From the IMG/VR virus record IMGVR_UViG_3300028602_000007, positions 1-64,000 of that record: a stretch of 64,000 nucleotides of DNA; one strand, given 5' to 3'. Source of the DNA: a virus (lineage: Duplodnaviria > Caudoviricetes). A program made the position numbers and the translations under genes. Below, piece by piece: positions 56,707 to 64,000 of this stretch (positions are counted from its first letter, which is position 1; each line of letters begins with the position of its first letter). The notes beneath the pieces are model-generated. The model was not told where the DNA came from. It searched no databases and saw only the letters and a program-made list of their open reading frames with translations.

Positions 56707-58413
56707 ATGGCAACATCAAAAATTTTCAAAAAGTTAAACGATCAGCATGTAATTGATACGTGGATGCCTATTTTGGAAAGCTATGGAGCAAGCAAAGAGA
56801 CTTTAAATGCTAGACCTTGGTTAGTTGACATAGCACATTATCATGCAATTTTTGATAATGCAGGCGCAGTTAACGAATCAACTGCACCTGGTTTATTTTA
56901 TCAACAACCTGGTTCAGTTAGCAATATGGGTTCAATTAGTGCACCAACTAGCTCAATGACTCCTTTTTCAGCATTCGGTGCTGGAACCGCAGCTAAAGCA
57001 AGTTATGCAAGTTCTGGATCTGGTGATAAATTCCCGAGTTTACTTCCTGTAGCTATTCAAGTTGCAGCTAAAACTATTGGTTTTGATATGGTTGGTGTAG
57101 TTCCTATGGACGCACCGGTTGGTTTCTTACCATATTTAGATTATGTATACCAAGGTGGTAATACTGATCAAGAATACAATCCATTCGTAGTAAAAATTAA
57201 TGGAGTTAAAGGTTCAACTGTTCTTACTACAGGAGGAACATTCTCTCAATTAATTAGTGGTGACACTGCTACTATTACAGTTGGTGGTGATGTATTAACA
57301 TTATCTTTTATTGGTTTCTCAAGAGTTGACGGAACTGGTATGTGGAAAGTTATTAGTGATTCATCAACTAGCGGAGAAAAATCATTAGCTGATTATATTA
57401 CAACTGGTAGTGTTTTCACAACGGCAACAATTGCAGGAGCTGCATTAGTTAAAACTTATACACTTCTAGCAGCAAATACTCCATCATTAGTATCTGCATT
57501 AGAAAACCATATTTCTGGATTCACAACTTCATCTGATGCAAATTATGCAACTGATGCATGGGACGGACCATATCTTGGAACAACTGATTCTCAAATCGAA
57601 GGAATGAAGAGAGAAACAGCAGAAGTTTCTAAATTCCGTCAAATGGGTTTAAAAATGTTCACTAAGTTCGTTGAAGCTAAGGGCGACCAAGTATCTGTCT
57701 CAGCAACAGTTGAGCAGATCCAAGATCTTAATAGAGTTTGGAACTTTGACGTTATTTCTATGTTAGAAAATGTTGCAGTTAACGAAGTGGCACAATCAAT
57801 TAACAAAAAACTTGTTGATAGATGCTTTGCACTCGGAGCAATACATAAAACTAACATTGATGCAATCGAAGGTAGTGGAATTACTACATTGGATTTAACA
57901 GTTGGTTCTGGATTCGAAAATGTTTCTACTCTACAACGTAGAGTTGTTACTAAGATCTTAGAAATGGCTAACTTGATTTATCACAGAGGTCGTTTTGGAG
58001 CAGGTACGCATATCGTTACTAACGGTAGAGTAGCATCAGCTCTAGCAGACGTATCTGGATATTCAATCGCACCATTTAATAATGATCTTCCATCAGGACC
58101 TGGACAATTATATCCAGCTGGTAAAGTTCACGGTTTAACAATTTATGTTGATCCTAACCTCAAATTTGGTGATAATAGAATTCATATTGGACGTAAAGGC
58201 GCAGATGAAGAACCAGGTATTAAATTCTTACCTTATATCATGGCAGAATCTCTACAAACTATTTCCGAAGGTACATTCTCACCAAAAATTGGTTTAAAAT
58301 CACGTTATGCTATTACTGAAGCAGGATGGCACCCAGAAACTCAGTACATCACAATGACTGTTAATGGTCTTGGAGTACTTACTGGATCGGTTGCTCCTTC
58401 TACTGCGTATTAA
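56707..58413 (+). CDS. major capsid protein (gp23-like)
   Basis: W.PILE, VGVVPM..P.G, EQIQDL, E....IN, PYI, PKIGLKSRYA. Confidence 0.9.
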   Translation: MATSKIFKKLNDQHVIDTWMPILESYGASKETLNARPWLVDIAHYHAIFDNAGAVNESTAPGLFYQQPGSVSNMGSISAPTSSMTPFSAFGAGTAAKASYASSGSGDKFPSLLPVAIQVAAKTIGFDMVGVVPMDAPVGFLPYLDYVYQGGNTDQEYNPFVVKINGVKGSTVLTTGGTFSQLISGDTATITVGGDVLTLSFIGFSRVDGTGMWKVISDSSTSGEKSLADYITTGSVFTTATIAGAALVKTYTLLAANTPSLVSALENHISGFTTSSDANYATDAWDGPYLGTTDSQIEGMKRETAEVSKFRQMGLKMFTKFVEAKGDQVSVSATVEQIQDLNRVWNFDVISMLENVAVNEVAQSINKKLVDRCFALGAIHKTNIDAIEGSGITTLDLTVGSGFENVSTLQRRVVTKILEMANLIYHRGRFGAGTHIVTNGRVASALADVSGYSIAPFNNDLPSGPGQLYPAGKVHGLTIYVDPNLKFGDNRIHIGRKGADEEPGIKFLPYIMAESLQTISEGTFSPKIGLKSRYAITEAGWHPETQYITMTVNGLGVLTGSVAPSTAY

Positions 58414-58437
58414 TATCTAACAAAATCTTAATTGATA

Positions 58438-58467
58438 TAAACTCCTAATTTATTAGGAGTTTTTTTT
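58438..58467 (+). terminator. terminator after major capsid gene
   Basis: AAACTCCTAAT-TT-ATTAGGAGTTT followed by a T-run. Confidence 0.85.
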
Positions 58468-58519
58468 GTATAATTAAGATATATAAAAATAAACCAATTT
58501 TAAGAGAAATCATAGCACT

Positions 58520-60214
58520 ATGGAAAAACAAATTAAAGAATTAAGAGAAACTTTAAAATATAAAAAAGAACATAAAATACGAATAATTAAAGAACTTAAA
58601 GAATTATCAATTAATCAACAATTAATTGATTATATCATGATTAAATATGATATAAAAGATTTAAATATTTCCCAACTATTATATGAAGTGTTAACTGATG
58701 GAACTAACTCTACTTGTGTTTGTGGAAGAAAAAAACAGTTCTATCGATATTCATCAGGATATCACAAAACGTGTGGAAAAAAAGAATGCATAGACATAAG
58801 TAGAAATAAAAATTATAAAAAAACTATTAAAAATAAATATGGAGTAAACCATGCAACTCAACTAAAAACAACTAGAGATAAACAAAAACAAACAATGTTA
58901 AAAAAATATGGAGTCGATCATAATTCAAAAGGAGAATTAAGACAAAATTATACAAATACAATGTTAAAAAAATATGGAGTCGATTCGCCATTAAAAAATA
59001 AAGAAATATTAGAAAAAAGAAATAATACTGTTTTATCTAAATTTGGAACATTAGATTTCATACAATCAAATAAAACAAAAGAAACTAATTTACAAAAATA
59101 TGGATTTGAAAACGCAGCAAAAAATGAAAAAATTAAAGAAAAAATTAAAGAATCAAACACTAAAACCAGTATTAAAATCGCAGCAAAGAAATTACAAAAA
59201 CACGATATCGAAATAATAAAGTATTATTCAGATTCTCAAAAATATGAACTACTTTGTAAAAAATGTGGAAATTCTTTAAGTTTACCAGGATGCTCAGTTA
59301 ATACTAGATTAAGACAAAACGAATCGCCATGTTTGATTTGTAATCCATACGTTCCAGATAAATCAAGTTCAAATTTAGAAAAAGAAATTATTGCTTTTAT
59401 TAAAGAAATATCAAACATACCAATTTTAACTAATTATAAACAAGCAATTAAAAATATTGAATTTGATATTTATTTCCCTACTAAAAAAATTGCAATTGAA
59501 GTTAATGGAGTATATTGGCATTCTGAAATTTTTAAAGAAAAAAAATATCATTTTACTAAATCACAATTAGCAATAAATAATGAAATTAAAGTATATCAAA
59601 TATGGGAAGATGACTGGAATTTGAATAAAGAATTAATAAAAAATATGATTAGTATTTGGTTAAATCATGACATTACAACTATTTATGCCAGAAATTGTAA
59701 TATAAAAATAATTAATAATAAAACAGCAATAGACTTTTGTAATACTAATCATTTAAAACGTGGAAAATCGTCAACTATACAAATTGGATTATTTAATAAA
59801 ACTGAATTAATTGGGGTTATGACATTTTTAAAAATAAAAAATATATGGCACTTAGATCGATTATGTTTTAAACAAAAAACTAAAGTGATTGGTGGAGCAT
59901 CTAAGTTATTAAAATTTTTTATTAGAAACTACTCTCCCAATAAAATTTTAACAAAAGCCGATGTTGATTTAAGCCCAGATAAAAATAATAACGTTTATCA
60001 AAAATTAGGATTTAAAAATATTGGATGGACTCAGTCTTATAGTTGGGTAATAAATGGAATTAGAGAAAACCGCCGTAAATTTACAAAAAAGAAATTAGTT
60101 AAACTTGGATATTCAACTAAACTTAGTGAATCTGAAATAATGAGTAATCTAAAATATTATAGAACTTTCGAAAGTGGAAATTGGTCATATTGTTTAAACT
60201 CTACAAACTTATGA
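58520..60214 (+). CDS. homing-endonuclease-like protein
   Basis: Cys motifs, KYGV repeats, EFDIYFPTKKIAIEVNGVYWHS, IWEDDW; paralogue of 29765..31349. Confidence 0.7.
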   Translation: MEKQIKELRETLKYKKEHKIRIIKELKELSINQQLIDYIMIKYDIKDLNISQLLYEVLTDGTNSTCVCGRKKQFYRYSSGYHKTCGKKECIDISRNKNYKKTIKNKYGVNHATQLKTTRDKQKQTMLKKYGVDHNSKGELRQNYTNTMLKKYGVDSPLKNKEILEKRNNTVLSKFGTLDFIQSNKTKETNLQKYGFENAAKNEKIKEKIKESNTKTSIKIAAKKLQKHDIEIIKYYSDSQKYELLCKKCGNSLSLPGCSVNTRLRQNESPCLICNPYVPDKSSSNLEKEIIAFIKEISNIPILTNYKQAIKNIEFDIYFPTKKIAIEVNGVYWHSEIFKEKKYHFTKSQLAINNEIKVYQIWEDDWNLNKELIKNMISIWLNHDITTIYARNCNIKIINNKTAIDFCNTNHLKRGKSSTIQIGLFNKTELIGVMTFLKIKNIWHLDRLCFKQKTKVIGGASKLLKFFIRNYSPNKILTKADVDLSPDKNNNVYQKLGFKNIGWTQSYSWVINGIRENRRKFTKKKLVKLGYSTKLSESEIMSNLKYYRTFESGNWSYCLNSTNL

Positions 60215-60269
60215 AAACTTCCCTAATAAATAAAGATAGTTATTAATATTAAAAAAAAAGTAAATAAAC

Positions 60270-60692
60270 ATGGGTAAAAATGTTGTTATGTCATATGATG
60301 AATTTCTATTAGAAAAGAAAACTAATCAAGAACTAAGTAATTCTACTCCAAGCGGAAGTAAAATTTCTAATTCAGTAAATGACAATATGGCTAAACTGCC
60401 AGAGAAAAAAGGATCTACTCCAAATAAACGAACAGATTCTAATATGGCTAAAATGCCAGAGAAAAAAGGAAGTATTCCTAAAAAAAGAGTAAATCAAGGT
60501 ACAACGACTTTGCCTACTAAAAAAGGATCTGCTCTAACTAAAGTAATTAATCAAAATACCGCAGATCTTCCAAAAGGAGGAAGTTCATTAAGTAAAACAG
60601 TTGATCCAAAAATGGCAAAAATGCTAATTGGCAAAGTTACTCCAAATGCAGCAGTTAATAAAGCATATACTGGAATGAAAAATAAAAAATAA
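60270..60692 (+). CDS. basic repetitive putative internal head protein
   Basis: VVMSYDEFLLE followed by MAK(L/M)PEKKGS repeats; late promoter upstream. Confidence 0.65.
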   Translation: MGKNVVMSYDEFLLEKKTNQELSNSTPSGSKISNSVNDNMAKLPEKKGSTPNKRTDSNMAKMPEKKGSIPKKRVNQGTTTLPTKKGSALTKVINQNTADLPKGGSSLSKTVDPKMAKMLIGKVTPNAAVNKAYTGMKNKK

Positions 60693-60698
60693 GATTAA

Positions 60699-61217
60699 AT
60701 GACAAATCAATCTATAAAAGCATATGCTACATTTGAATCATTTGAACAAGATATGAATTCAATTGATACAACTGGAACTGAAGTTGAACTAGATAGTCCA
60801 ATTGAAAATCTTTATCAAGAAAATGTAGAAAATTTGCCAGATACGATAGAAGATGCATATAGACAAGGATTAGAAGATATGCATAATTATATAGAAAATC
60901 GAGAATCTGAAATAATTGAAGAACCTGATCCAGAAGATCCATCCGGTCCCCCGGTTGTTAATGAAGAAAATTCATTAAAAGATTTGGTTGGAAAATCAGA
61001 TGATGAAGAATTAGATTTAGATGACGCTAGATCTATTGGAAAGAAAATTTCTAAAATGAAAGGAGACGATCGAAAAAAGTATGTAGGAATTGTTAATTTC
61101 ATGGGAGCATCTTGTCGAATATATAATGAAATTTGGGCAAATTATAAACCAGTTGATCCTTCTAAGAAAAAATCGAATAAAGGAAAAGAATTTAAAGGTA
61201 ATAAAGATAGATATTAA
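60699..61217 (+). CDS. hypothetical protein
   Basis: AYATFESF motif, acidic. Confidence 0.65.
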   Translation: MTNQSIKAYATFESFEQDMNSIDTTGTEVELDSPIENLYQENVENLPDTIEDAYRQGLEDMHNYIENRESEIIEEPDPEDPSGPPVVNEENSLKDLVGKSDDEELDLDDARSIGKKISKMKGDDRKKYVGIVNFMGASCRIYNEIWANYKPVDPSKKKSNKGKEFKGNKDRY

Positions 61218-61220
61218 ATA

Positions 61221-61628
61221 ATGAAAAAACTTATATTTGATTATAATAGTTTTGTAAATGAAATGTTTAGGTCTGATTTAAAACCTAGAATTAAAAAAGA
61301 TTTTATAGACCCTAATAAAGTTTATGATTATACTATCGGAAATGCAAAACTTGATCAATTAGTTTCAAATTATAATTTTAAACCAGAAAATCAAAGAATT
61401 AATATTTTACCTAATGATACTGTTCGATTTTATATAACTGAACCTGGTAAATTTACTCATATTAAAAATATAATAAAGAAAAAAATAAACGATGACATTA
61501 AAAAATATAAAATAGAAGATCCAAAAATCGAAATTTATTATAATGTCATTAATGGAATATCAGATAATCCAGAATTATCTCAAAAAGTTGAAATTGTTGG
61601 AGTATTAGCTGCAACTTTTATTGATTAA
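61221..61628 (+). CDS. hypothetical protein
   Basis: LIFDYNSFVNE motif. Confidence 0.65.
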   Translation: MKKLIFDYNSFVNEMFRSDLKPRIKKDFIDPNKVYDYTIGNAKLDQLVSNYNFKPENQRINILPNDTVRFYITEPGKFTHIKNIIKKKINDDIKKYKIEDPKIEIYYNVINGISDNPELSQKVEIVGVLAATFID

Positions 61629-61645
61629 TAAAATATAATAATATT

Positions 61646-62104
61646 ATGGAAAAAACAATTATTACTGATTATAATACTTTTATAAAAGAAAGATATAATC
61701 GTTCAATTAATGAAAGCTTTGAAGCTGACAATATTGAAAATGACAATACCGAAAACACAGAAGATCTTACAGATGATAATTTAAATAATGAAGAACAATC
61801 CGACTTTGATTATATTAGTAAAGAAGAATTAATCAAGAAAGCAGAAGAATCAGAAGAACCTATCATTATTGTAACAATTACCGAAGATGAGTTAGATGAA
61901 TTTATAAATGAAGTAGACGATGAAATAAAAGATCGTTTTGAAATATTTAAATTTGGCGAACCTACTGAAAATGAGGAAGAAGCTAAAACTGAAAATGATT
62001 TAATGGCTGATAATATTGAAGATAGTAACGAAGAGCTTGAATATTCAAAAACTATTCAAAGTCGATATGGTGCTAACGAATCTGATTTTAATAATGAAGA
62101 TTAA
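61646..62104 (+). CDS. acidic hypothetical protein
   Basis: IITDYNTFIKE...INES motif. Confidence 0.65.
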   Translation: MEKTIITDYNTFIKERYNRSINESFEADNIENDNTENTEDLTDDNLNNEEQSDFDYISKEELIKKAEESEEPIIIVTITEDELDEFINEVDDEIKDRFEIFKFGEPTENEEEAKTENDLMADNIEDSNEELEYSKTIQSRYGANESDFNNED

Positions 62105-62115
62105 TATAAAGAAAA

Positions 62116-63201
62116 ATGGTAGGTGACGGAATAATTGTAGAATCTAAGGTTAGTTTTAAAATAACTTGGGATAATCCAGGTAATAATAAACAGCCTATTT
62201 GGAATCAAAATAAGCAAGAAGTTATTATACACGAATCAGACATATATCCTGATTTAATGTATACTAATATGTTTGGTTTATCTACTTATTATAAATATAC
62301 AAACATTGATAGCTTATTAAATTTAATAAAACGAATAAATTCATATATTGATAATAAGATAGCTGTATCTGAAAATTCAAACAAGTCTATTAAGTCAATA
62401 GCAAATAAAGAATATCCAATAGCAAATAAGGAATATCCAATAGCAAATAAGGAATATCCAATAGCAAATAAGGAATATCCAATAGCAAATAAGGAATATC
62501 CAATAGCAAATAAGGAATATCCAATAGCAAATAAGGAATATCCAATAGCTACAAAAACATCAAATGTTCCTAGCGTACAAAATAGAGGAGGTGTTCCTAG
62601 CGTACAAAATAGAGGAGGTGTTCCTAGCGTACAAAATAGAGGAGGTGTTCCTAGCGTACAAAATAGAGGAGGTGTTCCTAGCTTACCGAATCAATTGATT
62701 CATAAAGATGAGATAACTAATGAACCTCAGCCGATAAACTCGCCAGATGCATCAAATGAATTGTCTGAGTCTTCTAAATATAAAGTTATAGTGTATGGAA
62801 AAGAATTAAATTTTATTGATGCACAATCAAATAATGAAAGCATAGAAGTTAAACATTTTGTTTCTAAAAATTTATATCGTAAAATTAATAATGAAACTAT
62901 TGATAATACTGAAAAAATTTGGATAGAAATAATAACTAAATCTAAAACTTATAAATTTCAAATGTCTGAATTCGGACAAACAGAAGATGGTGTTAATCTA
63001 TTAGTTGAAATATTACCAACAATACAATTAACGATTACACCAAATGAAAATAATAATATTACTAAAAATACAGAAATTGATGACGATATATATTTTAATG
63101 AACTTTCAAAAATTAAAAATTCAGATATAGAAAAAGAAAGATATCGAAAATCAAAAGAAGAAACCGAAAAAATGGCAAAAATGGCAAAATCAATAAAATA
63201 A
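62116..63201 (+). CDS. hypothetical protein with two tandem-repeat tracts
   Basis: 361-aa ORF. Confidence 0.7.
   Translation: MVGDGIIVESKVSFKITWDNPGNNKQPIWNQNKQEVIIHESDIYPDLMYTNMFGLSTYYKYTNIDSLLNLIKRINSYIDNKIAVSENSNKSIKSIANKEYPIANKEYPIANKEYPIANKEYPIANKEYPIANKEYPIANKEYPIATKTSNVPSVQNRGGVPSVQNRGGVPSVQNRGGVPSVQNRGGVPSLPNQLIHKDEITNEPQPINSPDASNELSESSKYKVIVYGKELNFIDAQSNNESIEVKHFVSKNLYRKINNETIDNTEKIWIEIITKSKTYKFQMSEFGQTEDGVNLLVEILPTIQLTITPNENNNITKNTEIDDDIYFNELSKIKNSDIEKERYRKSKEETEKMAKMAKSIK
62401..62547 (+). repeat. 7 x 21-bp tandem repeat (ANKEYPI)
   Basis: GCAAATAAGGAATATCCAATA units. Confidence 0.97.
62566..62682 (+). repeat. 4.3 x 27-bp tandem repeat (VPSVQNRGG)
   Basis: GTTCCTAGCGTACAAAATAGAGGAGGT units. 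Confidence 0.97.
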
Positions 63202-63257
63202 GTAGCTATTAATAAAGTGCCAAGTTCTCTAATAAATAAATAAAAACATAATTACAA

Positions 63258-63860
63258 ATGGCTGGTTTACCACATTTTAAAAATCATACAGCTGGTCCTG
63301 GAAGATATGAACCGATTTATTTAAATCAGTTCGAAGTAATAATTACTCCGCCTCCAGCAATTTCAGAAAAAATTGGATTTCAAAACAATCTTACATTAGA
63401 ACATATTATTAAAGTTGGACCATTACCTGAACTTTCAGGAAATGCAGGCGGCCAATTAGCAACACAAAAATATAAATTCGCTGACCGTGCGTATGCTGCA
63501 GCTCGTCCTGCTACAACATTATCTAAATTTAAAATAGATTTTTCTCTTAACCTTAATGAAGATAATGATAATTACATTTATAATGCATTTAGAGCTTGGT
63601 CTGATTTAATTTATAATCCAATGACTGGCGCACAAGGTTTAAAACGAGATTATGCAGGAAGTACAGCAAATCCAGCAATTGTTCAAGTAACAATATTTAA
63701 TAGAGCAGGACTTATTTTTAGAGATTTTGTATTCAATCCAGTATTCTTAGATTCTGAAAAGTTCAATGAATGGTCACTAGATTATTCAGATGAAGGTATT
63801 GCAACATTATCTGTTCCATTTGTAGCAGATCGATATATTGAAACTCGAATTGGGCAATAA
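63258..63860 (+). CDS. tail tube protein (gp19-like)
   Basis: N.FEV.I.PP, FRAWSDLIYNP.TG..GLK.DY, L.Y, F..D; late promoter upstream. Confidence 0.8.
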   Translation: MAGLPHFKNHTAGPGRYEPIYLNQFEVIITPPPAISEKIGFQNNLTLEHIIKVGPLPELSGNAGGQLATQKYKFADRAYAAARPATTLSKFKIDFSLNLNEDNDNYIYNAFRAWSDLIYNPMTGAQGLKRDYAGSTANPAIVQVTIFNRAGLIFRDFVFNPVFLDSEKFNEWSLDYSDEGIATLSVPFVADRYIETRIGQ

Positions 63861-63877
63861 AATAATTTTTATTCAAA

Positions 63878-64000
63878 ATGGACATGTTTAATGTAAAAAG
63901 AAGAGATTTTCCAAAAACGTCAAACTTTACAGAAATTGACAAACCTCCATTTGGTGGTCCAAATGAAACTGAAAAATTTGATGGAAATACTAGAAAATCT
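63878..64000 (+). CDS. hypothetical protein (partial, runs off the window)
   Basis: ATG at 63878 with an open frame to the window end. Confidence 0.5.
   Translation, partial: MDMFNVKRRDFPKTSNFTEIDKPPFGGPNETEKFDGNTRKS

Noticed and set aside
62401-62682. CRISPR array
   Set aside because: Head-to-tail repeats without spacers, in frame within a CDS; no cas genes
1-64000. Stop-codon reassignment (TAG/TGA) as in some jumbo phages
   Set aside because: Long core genes are intact in code 11 and no suppressor tRNA is seen. The Leu(TAG) and Ser(TGA) labels are anticodons that read CTA and TCA.

Overview
AT-rich segment of a large T4-like (myovirus/jumbo) phage genome, read in the standard genetic code. 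The host is probably a Bacteroidota species, inferred from the ClpC loop sequence and the signal-peptide style. Positions 1-4.4 kb hold a tRNA array with a Ro60/TROVE gene, two permuted tRNA-like YrlA-type Y RNAs, two unusual tRNA-Arg genes whose D-arm appears relocated into the variable region, and a non-canonical tRNA-Ser. The rest mixes accessory genes with T4-like core genes. Accessory genes include an SLT, an AAA+/VWA-peptidase pair, a DinG helicase, GAF + REC, ClpC, HxGH nucleotidyltransferases, HAD/kinase/ligase, a metallophosphoesterase, glycosyltransferases and DnaJ. Core genes include neck, gp25, portal, gp2/gp4, primase, the C-terminal half of a split PolB, UvsW/UvsY, baseplate, protease-scaffold, major capsid and tail tube. 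A stand-alone TnpB and two homing-endonuclease-like paralogues are also present. A recurrent T4 capsid-targeting-like peptide co-occurs with ATAAATA late promoters and suggests a large set of virion-packaged cargo proteins. All calls come from reading motifs by eye; no database search was run.
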